Source: Chiloscyllium plagiosum
Taxonomy: Eukaryota
DNA length: 64,000 nt
NCBI RefSeq assembly: GCF_004010195.1
Contig: NC_057752.1
Location: 6,959,802 to 7,023,801, forward strand
Direction of reading: 5' to 3'
The position numbers were made by a program, and so were the translations under genes. Shown here piece by piece: positions 38,081-48,540 of this stretch. Within the stretch, counting starts at the first letter, position 1. Every line of letters begins with the position of its first letter. The notes under the pieces are model-generated. The model saw only the letters and a list, made by a program, of their open reading frames with translations. It was not told the origin of the DNA and made no database searches.

Positions 38081-38722
38081 TATGACGATGCTGCTCCTTT
38101 AACAAGGTTATGGTGTCCTTGGCTTTTTTTTCAGAAGGATTGTAAAAGACACAGACTCCAAAAAATCTGAGTTGAAGGGTTTAGGACCAGTTTGATTATA
38201 GCTAACAGATACTGCCTCAAGAAACAGACTTTCAAGTTTTTGAAAAAACACTTGTGCAATGAAAGGAGAGTGGCCAGTTCTCCAAGCTCAGCTTTTCTCT
38301 CATTTGGTTTGGTTTGGTTTGAGCACAGTAGAGTGGAAAAGACTGCTGGACCCAGAGAAGCAGGTCCAGGCTGACCCTCCCCCTCTCTGACCTTTCTCCT
38401 GTAAGTCCCTGTGTTTGATGTTACCTTTTGTGCCAACGGGTATTTATGGGGATTGTTGCAAGTATTGGGAACAGCATCATTAAGTTGGTATAGTCTGTTG
38501 GATTTTTGGAGAGGTTAAGTTATTCTATATTCTGTTCTCTTTTGTTTGTGTTTCATTCGGTAACCTTGTGAATAAATTCTGTTTTGTTTAAAACTAAGTG
38601 GTTTGACCAGCTGTATCCCTCCTGGAACATCCACATTTACACCTGCTTAAAACAACGAGCAACGTTAGGGTCTGGGCTACTTCCTTGAAATGTTTTGAGG
38701 GGGTCCAGCCTGGTCCATAACA
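38081..38722 (+). mobile_element. Solo LTR with perfect 4-bp TSD (AAGT)
   Basis: Ends ...GGTCCATAACA; AAGT at 38077-38080 and 38723-38726; AATAAA at 38571; reverse complement of the 3784 and 24116 copies. Confidence 0.8.
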
Positions 38723-39025
38723 AAGTATGGAATGTTTTCAGTGCAGCATATTGTCCTGTTTATTCCATGGTCATGATAATATTTCTCCATGACAACTCTA
38801 CTACCTTTGAGCAGTTTTCAATAAAAATCAAAATCCATCCTTGATCTTAAGTTGCAGCTGAGGCTCAGCTAGCAGTAATTTTGCCTTAGGGTCAGAGGTT
38901 GTTGGTTCAGCAACCAAAGCCTTAAACTCAAAATTCTTTGCTGACAACCCAAATGAGATGTTAAAGTGGAGCCACATTTGCCTTCTAAGGCGGATCCCAT
39001 AGAGCTCTCTCAAAAAGGAGCAGCA

Positions 39026-40350
39026 CGCTAAAGTACCTATTCGAGACGGCTGAGGGAATCCCTGATGGACTTGACCTATGGCCTCTCTTGGTTCGTCCCG
39101 CAGATCATACTCTGTGATAGTCTGGAATATAAACCTCTTAAAAACAGTTTAGTTTAAATTATTACCTTTATTTATCAATGGTATCTATGTTATTACACAA
39201 TAACATAGATACCTACAAGCCAGGTTTGAGCTAAGGTTCTAAAACAATGAGCAGAGTAGTGGCTCTTGCCCCTAAGAGCTCGCTCAGGCTACTCCCCTTA
39301 TTGCTGCAAACAAACTGGCTTTATACAGAAATTGGTATTAAAATTACAAAAACACCACATGTCCTTCATCAGATAAGCAGCAATAAAATGGCAAAAGTTT
39401 GCAGAGGAAGAGAAACGCATTGACAGGTGTGTGTACACTTGACTATTTAAGCTACATGCACATCAAAGTGGGAAACCTTGATCTAGCCAGGCCCAAATGG
39501 CTGATTGCTTTGGCGAGATAACCTTCCCTTTTAACAGTACATCATAACGAAGGATTAGTCTAAACTATGTGGAAAGGTCATGGGGTCACCTCGCTCAGCT
39601 AACATGTCCAGTATCATTGTCCTACAAAATGGCTGTTTCTTTTAAAATCATCTTAGATTCCCAGAATGCAACTTAAATTCATAACATTCCCAAATCTCGA
39701 ACTCAGGAAACAATACACACGTTCAATCCATAACAAGCCAGTGTTCACTCAAATCGGACCATAAAGGGTTAATCCTTCCACCAGCTTCCATCCTGTCTGT
39801 CTGTCTCTCGGTGTGTTTGAACCCTTCAGTTAGTGAACATAATTTACAGAAGAATGTTTTTCTCTCTCTCACTCACACATGAACATCGTCCAACTTTCAG
39901 CCTTTGTGTTTTCCTAGCCTGTAAGGGTAGTGAGACATTCACTTCCCAGAACAGTCAAGATGAGGGAGCTGAGCTTCATAAATTCAAATCTGCTCAGTGT
40001 GGTATACATGAAAATGTATCAGTATTGTTCCATTAAGTGCATATTCCACTCAGCTTATTAAATTACAAGTTCTTTTCCTATTGAGTATGAGTTTTGTTAA
40101 GAGTCTTCGATACAAACCAGCAATTTAATCCGACATCCCACTGTGAAATATGCAGGCCTCCAGTGTTAGAAGGAAGTAGTGCCACACATTCCACAAATGA
40201 ACAAATATTATCACCCTATTTACACCAATCCAGTGACACTAAGAACATATGTCCCTAATTCTTCTGCACAATAGAACAGGCACCCCACCCCGTGGCTGAG
40301 CGCTTTCCAGCATCTCCTTAGCAGATGTAAGGCTACCACCTTTCTCAAGT
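39026..40350 (-). mobile_element. Possible second ERV remnant (3' LTR ~39026-39686 plus internal fragment) splitting a Deu-SINE
   Basis: Minus strand: purine-rich stretch then TGTTAT at 39686, TATAAA-like box at ~39320, AATAAA at ~39167. Deu-SINE halves lie at ~38880-39025 and ~40350-40560. Confidence 0.4.
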
Positions 40351-41954
40351 GGAGTCTGGGGTAATCTCCTAAATCAACATCGCAAAAACAGTTTATTTTG
40401 TCATGTTAACTTGCCATTTGTAGAACCTTGCTGTGCCCAAAATGGCTGCTGTGTTTTTGACATTATAATAGTGACTACATTTCAAAATCATTGTTGAGGT
40501 GCTTTGAAACATCCTGTGGTCATGAAAGATGCAGCATATGTGCATGCAGGCCATTATTTCTTAATTTTCCCCACTCTCATGTAAACAATACAGACTGCCT
40601 GCATGTCTCTCAGAGGGGAAGGGGAGCATGAAATCCTTTCATTCACGTGACTGATGACAGCCCTGGGGATGCTCAGACAGTTTATGCATCAAGTGCTGCC
40701 AGCTGAGGCATAGCTGGGGTAAAGCTGAAGCGTTCAAGCAATCTGAATGAGAAATTATGTTCCAGCTCAGTGGAGGAAATAAGGCAGCTCCATGTAACAT
40801 CTGTGTTTACAATTTAGTCAGTCAACCTTCATGATTTATTTCTCAGCACTCCCAATATACCTGGGTCTCCACAGCCTGCTACAATTCTTTCCTAACCCAT
40901 TGGTGACTTCTCATCTGTAACATTTTGTTCCTTTCTGAAACGAATTATCCAGGTTGTATTCTTTTCCCTTAGAACTGTTCTATGGCTACAACATACAGAT
41001 ACACATTCATAGCTTTCAGTGTACTTAGTAGAATCTAAACAATATGTTGTGGAGGTGAGTAAAATTTATAGGGTAGATTGGATTATGGATGAACATCGGA
41101 ATCAATTCCAGCAAACAGTGTTTTGTGTGTACTTGGTTTAAAAATTAACTAGCAATTCTGGATGAGTAACAAATTAGCACAAAGGCTTTTGTTCAATGAA
41201 AAGTCAAGCACTTAACAGTCAGGGAACAACAGGGAATTCAATAATTAGGAAGGCCAATTCTTCCCACGTTAGGTTCTCTGGCCAGAAAGACCCTATAAAT
41301 CGCCCATGGCAGCCATCAACCTCTTATGCTCCAACCCTACCAGAATAATCGAGTTTAGATGCCACAAATCAGCCACCAAAAAGGAATGTGCCGTGTAATT
41401 TTAAAACCTAGTGAAGTGCTGCTTTTGTGTATACTGTATCATGATTACTTAATATTTGCTTGGCTGGCGCTCTATGTTTTGATCACTCCATCTGAAGATG
41501 AACTTCTACATCTTGTTTTCTTGTTTTTTTTTTTCCCTGAAGGCAAGTCCGACCCATAGTGCCATGACCTCCACCATGGTAGGGCAAGGAGACAAGGTAA
41601 ATCCACTCCAATTGGAAAGAGGATAAAAGCCCATTTTGTTGCCACCAATCTCATCCATACTCACTGTCCAGCCTACTGGCTCTTTGCCATGACAATGTGC
41701 AATTTTACATATATGTCATAATGTATAGTGATGGCAGAAGCTTCAATTTCCTTCAATCACATGATTGATGAGGAATCTCTCTTAGCCTTGTCACCTGTCA
41801 TTGGCACACAGTCACAGAGATGTACAGCATAGAAACAGACTCTTCAGTCCAACTCATCCATGTCAACCAGATATCCTAAATTAATCTAGTCCTTTTTTTT
41901 TGCAAGGTTTGTAGCTCAGGTTGAGGTTTGCTCGCTGAGCTGTAGGTTTGATAT

Positions 41955-41994
41955 CCAGACGTTTCATTACCTGGCTAGGTAACATCATCAGTAG
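41955..41994 (-). ncRNA. Minimal type-I hammerhead ribozyme motif
   Basis: cta-CTGATGA-tgttacctagccaggtaat-GAAA-CGTC-tgg. Confidence 0.72.
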
Positions 41995-42486
41995 CGACCT
42001 CCAAGTGAAGCGGAAGCTGTTGTCTCCTGCTTTCTATTTATATGTTTGTTCTGGATGGGGTCCCTAGGGTTTGTGGTGATGTCATTTCCTGTTCGTTTTC
42101 TGAGGGGTTGATAGATCTCGATACCATCTATGTGTTTGTTTATGGCGTTGTGGTTGGAGTGCCAGGCCTCTAGGAATTCTCTGGCGTTTTGTCCATGGGT
42201 TGTATTGGGTCTTTTAAGTTTGTTAGTTTTTGTTTGAGTGTTGGTGGGTTTGTATGCTACTAAGATTCCAAGGGGTCTCAGTAGTCTGGCAGACATGCCA
42301 GAGAATTCCTAGAGGCCTGGCACTCCAACCACAACGCCATAAACAAACACATAGATCTAGATACCATCTATCAACCCCTCAGAAAACGAACAGAAAATGT
42401 CATCACCACAAACCCCAGGAACCCCATCCAGAACAAACATATAAATAGAACGCAGGAGACAACAGCTTCGCTTCACTTGGAGGTCG

Positions 42487-42526
42487 CCACTGATGATGTT
42501 ACCTAGCCAGGTAATGAAACGTCTGG
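42487..42526 (+). ncRNA. Minimal type-I hammerhead ribozyme motif (predicted cleavage after GUC at 42523)
   Basis: CCA-CTGATGA-T-GTTACCT-AGCC-AGGTAAT-GAAA-CGTC-TGG: stem I CCA/UGG, 7-bp stem II, palindromic ACGU stem III. Confidence 0.78.
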
Positions 42527-43840
42527 ATATCAAACCTACAGCTCAGTGAGCAAACCTACACCCTAATCTAGTCCCATTTGCAAGCATTTGGCCCATTTCC
42601 CTCTAAACCCTTCCTATTCATATACCCATCCAGGTGCCTTTTAAATGTTGCAATTGTACCAGCCTCCACCACTTCCTCTGGCAGCTCATTCCTTAGATAT
42701 ACCAACCTTTGCGTGAAAAGGTTGCCCCTCAGGTCCCTTCTAAATCTTTCCCCTCTCACCCTAAAGCTATGCTCTCCAGTTCTGGGCTCCCCCACCACAG
42801 AGAAAAGACCTTGTCTATTTATCCTATCCATGCCCCTCATAATTTTATAAACCTCAATAAGGTCACCTCCCAGTGTCTGATGCTCTAGGGAAAACAGCCC
42901 CAGTCAATCCTCTCCTTATAGCTCAAACCCTCCAACCCTGGCAACTTCCTTGTAAATCTTTTCTGAACTCTTTCAAGTTACACAGCAGCCTTCCTGTAGC
43001 AGGGAGACCAGAATTGCACACAATATTCCAAAAGTGGCCTAACCAATGTCCGGCACAGCCACAACATGACCTCCTAACTCCTGTAATCAATACTCTGACT
43101 GATAAAGGAAAACATACTAAAAAACCATGCACTTATCTGCTCCTCTGCTGTGAGCTCTCCCACACACGTTCTTCCAAGGTCAGCTGTGAATTTCAGTGCA
43201 TGTGTCAGAAGAATATGAAGGCTGATATTCAACCTGTTTATCTGTAATTTGAATGCATTTGCTTTAGCCATTAAACTCTGGAATGGGACTGGAACCCAGA
43301 ATTTCTGACTTAAAGGCAGGGATGCTACCCACTGCACCATACGACCTCCCTAACTTCTAGCTATCTGTTCTAAATTTAACTTTTTAACAGACCCATTGTC
43401 CAACTATAAAATCAGCCTTTCGATGTTTCTTTCCAGATTGAAATCCAAGCTTCTACAGCCTTCTCTCATAACCCAGACATTCGATGATACAAATGAACAT
43501 TCTATAACCAGTCACTCCCTTGTTTCTCAGTGAGTAGAATTGAGCACAGTATTCAAGGTGTGGTCTGACCAGATCTCCACACAATTTGCTAATGACTTTT
43601 GCTGACTTCTATTCTACAATTTTGGTTTTAGGGCTCAATATTATATTTCCAGTGGAGCACAGCAGGCCAAAATAATGAACAGAAATTTGAAAATGATAAT
43701 ATGTTGAGCTGTAAGAAAGGTTATTTCCTCTGTTTGTGGAGTCAGTGGCACAGGTTAAACCTGCCAGTGAGGTAAGGGAGCAGAATCATTTGGAAAAATA
43801 TCTTCACTCAAAGAATTGTTCCAACAATGAATGTTTTGCG

Positions 43841-43884
43841 GATCAATGGTGCTGGAAGAGCACAGCAGTTCAGGCAGCATCCGA
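43841..43884 (-). mobile_element. 44-bp Penelope pLTR micro-insertion with 12-bp TSD
   Basis: GAATGTTTTGCG at 43829-43840 and 43885-43896; the insert matches the reverse complement of ~63420-63463. Confidence 0.8.
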
Positions 43885-44768
43885 GAATGTTTTGCGACAG
43901 GAAGTGACTGAGACAGAGAGCACAGTATCTTTTAATAGAAAGTCAAATAAACATTTGAAACAGGACAACAGAGACAAAGCAATGCAGTGAGATTAGCTTG
44001 GAAATGCTGTCGAAAAGAATCAGCATAAGCACAATGGGCTAAATAGACTGTGCAAACCTTCGTGGATCCTGAGTTAGGGAAACCATAAAATATTATGTCC
44101 TAGCTCTACATACAGCTGAATAATTTCTGCCTCCTGGCTAGGGAGGAATAAACCAAGGTTGCTTTGAGTCCTGATATTGTCTTTTTAAAACAGATAAACT
44201 GACTTTGCTGACATACTCCTGCAAGATGAACTTTCCAGACAGTGCCTTCAGGAGACAAGAACTTTTATTTTAAAGAATAAACACGAAGACAAAGTTGAAA
44301 AACATGACAGCCCATCACTATCTTCTCAAGGGCAACTAGGAACGGACAATAAATGCTGGCCCAACCAGCAAACCCCAGCATCCCATGAATGAACATGATC
44401 AAAAAGTGTTATTTGTATTGCTCTGGAAATTAAGTGAATTCGATTGAATTCACCTCAGATGTTTGGGGAAGAATAAAGGTGTGTTGAAGAATTTTGTTAA
44501 TAAAACAGTTTCAAATACCAAAGTCATGTTTTAACACCTCACCCATGAAATACGTTCTACTTGTAAATCCGGAGCCTGATCCCCACTTGGAACAAGTAAC
44601 ACAGGAGACACAAAACCTTTGTGAATGGCCTGAGGTCACCTCATCTGATGATAGTTCGATCGCAGCACGATCTAATTGAAGTATTCATTATAAGAACCAA
44701 TTTTGACATGTTTTAGTAAAGTTACTTTTATTCTTTAAAAATATGTCACTATAATTAGTGGGCGTTGT

Positions 44769-45090
44769 GGGCGGCACGGTGGGCAACAGGGGTTAGCACT
44801 GCTGCCTCACAGCGCCAGAGACCCGGGTTCAATTCCAGCCTCTGGCGACTCTCTGTGTGGAGTTTGCACATTCTCTCCGTGTCTGTGTGGGTTTCCTTCG
44901 GGTGCTCCGGTTTCCTCCCACAGTCCAGACAAAATGCGCAGGTCAGGTGAATGGGCCATGGTAAATTGTCCATAGTGTTAGGTGAAGGGGTAAATGTAGG
45001 GGAATGGGGTCTGGGTGGGTTACGCTTCGGAGGGTCGGTGTGGACTTGTTGGGCTGAAGGGCCTGTTTCCACACTGTAATGTAATCTAAT
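44769..45090 (+). mobile_element. Full-length V-SINE (HE1-like)
   Basis: Same structure as 17533-17826. Confidence 0.9.
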
Positions 45091-45109
45091 CATAACTATT
45101 TAAGTCACT

Positions 45110-45700
45110 CGAAAATCAAACCGCGCCTTTTACCTCTCTGATGATGATCATCATATTTTCGTCGTCGGACATTTCTCTCGACATGATCCTTCGCCGGGAA
45201 TTGCCCGGGGTCCCCATCATTCCGCCTCTATACTAAACCTCCTGTTGCTTTTCGAAGATAAATTGATCAAAGAGTTCTTCAGGACGCCAGAGGCTTTGGA
45301 GAAACTCTCCACTGAGGAGATTTACTTGGCGCGCAGTCCGGTCAGATCCATGCCTTCATTCACTACAACGTACAGCATTTCCCGTCTCTGGCCCGATTAT
45401 GCCTATTTAAATAACGAAAACAGTGACTTTAAAAGGCTCCTCGCGCAGCCACTCGAAAGGTATTTCAGGATTGCAACAGTACCAGCAGTCACGCCTGCAA
45501 CTAGGCAGGCATTTGGGTCCTAGCGCACGGAGTTTTAAAGACAGTTGGCCCCATATAATTTTTGAAAAAATACTTGCAGATTTTTGTCTAGAAATTTGAA
45601 TGGGAGAGCCAGAAGGAGGTTGCAAAACTGATTTTGCAACCCCTAGCTACACACACCCCCGCTCCCAAAATAAAACAGAGTTACAGTTCTTTCCTTCTCC
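45110..45700 (-). promoter_or_regulatory. CpG-enriched promoter / 5' UTR region of the LRRFIP-like gene
   Basis: Local excess of CpG in unique sequence compared with the CpG-depleted surroundings; TATTTAAATA at ~45404-45413. Confidence 0.6.
45134..45220 (-). CDS. LRRFIP-like gene, first coding exon (29 aa): MMGTPGNSRRRIMSREMSDDENMMIIIRE
   Basis: ATG at 45220, donor GAG|GTAAAA, CpG-rich context. Aligns by eye with LRRFIP2 [30 protein letters not shown]. Confidence 0.88.
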
Positions 45701-45921
45701 AAAAGGAAGGATGCGAGTCTTGACATGCCTTTGCAGAGTTCGGCAATAGGCAATCCAATAGAAATTATAACTAAAGGTAAAATTACAACAAGTCAAAACT
45801 AAACTTACAAAACTACATTAGCACGCCTGAAAGTATGCAGCTGTCATAAACAAGATGTACAATAATTAACGTGGGAACAGGAAAGTCGTAATTTAGCTAC
45901 TCAAACCATGATTCAACTAGA

Positions 45922-46009
45922 GTCAAAAACTATGACATTGGAAAAGTACAGGTCAGGCAGCACGCGAGGCGCTGGAAAGTCGACGTTTCGGGCATAAGTC
46001 CTTCATCAG
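45922..46009 (-). mobile_element. 88-bp Penelope pLTR insertion beginning exactly at the hammerhead core, 12-bp TSD
   Basis: TSD GATTCAACTAGA (45910-45921, 46010-46021); minus-strand CTGATGA-A-GGAC-TTAT-GCCC-GAAA-CGTC at 45982-46009. Confidence 0.8.
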
Positions 46010-47154
46010 GATTCAACTAGATCATGGAATGACCTCAACTCCATTTAACTCCGCATTCCTTAGTATCTCAAAAATCCTCTCCGCCTTGTAAACGCTAATC
46101 CCAAGTATTTCAGGGGACGATGGTTTAGGTGTACAGAAGCTCTGATCTGACGCAACTGGAGTATTCATTCACATTTGAGATACCAAACTTAAAGGAACAA
46201 AATGTTACAAGAAACTGGTTTGTATCGTCCTGTCTAAAAGAATTAGAGGTGACCTGGTTGAAGTGTTCTAAAAGGATTGAATAGGTTAAATATATATAAA
46301 CTACTTCCACAAGGAGGATAATTTTAGAATCTTAAAAAAGGTAGCTCAGGTGGGAAGGTAGGAAGCATATTCAAGTTTGTAGAAATTTGGAAACGGAAAT
46401 GCGAGGGACTTAATGTTTAACCATGTGTGATTACAATGTTAATAATTACTCCAGTTGTATCCATAATATTTACTAGAAACTGACTGTCTACAAAAATATT
46501 TTAGACAACAGGAAAGGATGGGGGGAAAAAAATGTAAGGACATCTTTCAGATTGAAAAATTGTTTTTACAAATACCATGATGTACCCAAAAACAATACTA
46601 AAAACTTTCCTGCATACCTGGCACATTATAAAGCAACTCTAGCAATCCACTCAGATGTACAAAATCCCATATATCCAAACTTAATGCAATATCAGCAATA
46701 CAGGAATGAATCTGGAATGTTATGACTTTAGGAATCTCAACACCAATCCTGAGCATATTGGATTCACACCCAAAGAGATAGAAACATGGAAAATAGAAGT
46801 AGGCTGTTTAGTATATCTAGCTCCGTATCCTGTTTGCATTCTTATAACTACAGCAGAAGAGGAGGAAAACAAATGGAATTTTACATTTATAGCAAAAAAA
46901 AGGGTGTAAAGTTGGGAAGCTTTGCTAAGTTATACAAGACCACATCGTGGAGTATTGCATATAAAACTTTGGGGAAAGGAGAAAGTGGTAGAGAAAGAGG
47001 AGGAAGGGGGATAAAGAATTGCATTGGAGACCATTAAGATAGATATCTATATCTAAAAACATGCTTAAAAAAGGGAATTAACAGTAGACTTAAAGGGACA
47101 CGTGAGGCAATCTAGACTGAGAATGAGATTCAGTATTAGGATCGGGTAACAGAT

Positions 47155-48290
47155 TTAACAGTCAGATGTTCAGCACTGAAACAGACCCTTTGGTCCAACT
47201 TGTCTATGCCAACTAGATATCCAACTGCCAGCACCTGACCCATATCCCTACAAACCCTTCCTATTCAGGTGCCTTAAGTGTTTCAATTGTCCTAGCCTCC
47301 ACTTCCTCTAGCAGCTCATTCCATACACGTACCATCCTCTGAAAAAGTTACCCCTTAGGTCCCTTTTATATATCTTTCCCCTCACCCTAAACCTATGCCC
47401 TCTGGACACTCCCACCCCAGGAAAAGACTATTTATCCTATCCATGCCCCTCACATTTATATAAAACTTCCAAGGTCACCCCTCAGCCTCCAATTCTCCAG
47501 GGAAAACTACCCCAGCCTACATGAAAAAGGAATTACTCAAGGTTTGGAATCTGGAATTCACTGAGTGAGATGCTAGGATGAGTAAATTGGAGATGGAGTA
47601 TAGGTTAATTTGTAATGGTTGAAGGGTTATGGAGAACAGACAGGAAAGTAGAGTTGAAGCAGAGAAGAGATCAACTATGATCATATTAAATGACATAAAA
47701 GGCTCAAGGGGCTGAATTACCTAACCTATGTCTAAACAGTAGGAGTATGTTTAAACCTAGCAACCAATTCTCCTTGAAAACATTCAATGTTTTGGCCTCA
47801 ACTGCAGCAGAAAATATTATAGGCTCAATTCTGAGTGAAGACATTTTTCATCAGGCCTAAATTGCCCACCCCATATTCTTAAACTGTGATCCCCTGATCC
47901 AGACTGGAGTCATCAGGAAAATCCTTCCACTTAATCTAATCCTGTTTGGAAATTTATAGGTTTGAGATCACCTTATGCTTTAAACTCCAAATGAACAATT
48001 CCTGGGATGGAGGACTAATCTGGTCAGCCTCCACTACACTCCCATCATCAGAACATCCTTCCTCAGACCAAAACTGTTCAGAACACTAGATGTGTTCTCA
48101 CCAAGGCCCTGCACAATTTCAGCAAGACATCTGTGGTGCTGTATTCTAATCCTCACTATGAAGAGCAACATACCATATAATCTGCCTTTTTGCTACTAGA
48201 AAGCTCAAATTTAATCCAGATTATACTATCTGCCCACTCAAACTTGTCTAAATCATACCGACCCATCTCTGCATTGTCCTCCCAGTTCAC
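47155..48290. mobile_element. Cluster of degraded CR1 fragments (mostly minus; one plus-strand tail at ~47530-47730)
   Basis: Homology to other CR1 3' ends in the window. Confidence 0.7.
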
Positions 48291-48299
48291 CATCCCACA

Positions 48300-48540
48300 G
48301 CGACTGTGGAGTTTGCACGTTCTCCCTGTGTCTACGTGGGTTTCCTCCAGGTGCTCCGGTTTCCTCCCACAGTCCAAAGATATGCAGGTCAGGTGAATTG
48401 GCCATGCTAAATTGCCTGTAGTGAGAGGTAAGGGGTAAATGTATGTAGGGGTATGGGTGGGTTACGCTTCGGCAGGGCGGTGTGGACTTGTTGGGCCGAA
48501 GGGCCTGTTTCCACACTAAGTAATTTAAAATCTAATCTAA
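48300..48540 (+). mobile_element. 5'-truncated V-SINE
   Basis: V core and (TAATC)n tail. Confidence 0.85.

Larger units (their letters stand above)
41893..42563. mobile_element. Penelope element with ~260-bp inverted arms, 11-bp TSD and two hammerhead motifs
   Basis: Arms 41924-42185 and 42297-42557; GIY-YIG C-terminus REFLEAWHSNHNAINKHID; TSD TAATCTAGTCC (41882-41892, 42564-42574). Confidence 0.88.
41810..43125 (-). mobile_element. CR1 LINE 3' part, interrupted by a Penelope insertion
   Basis: ORF 42568..42840 ...RNELPEEVVEAGTIATFKRHLDGYMNRKG; the tail continues at 41810-41892. Confidence 0.9.

Noticed and set aside
45245..45523. 92-aa plus-strand ORF in the CpG-rich region (possible divergent gene)
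   Set aside because: Starts at TTG, has no recognisable homology or splice structure, and overlaps the LRRFIP-like 5' UTR/promoter.
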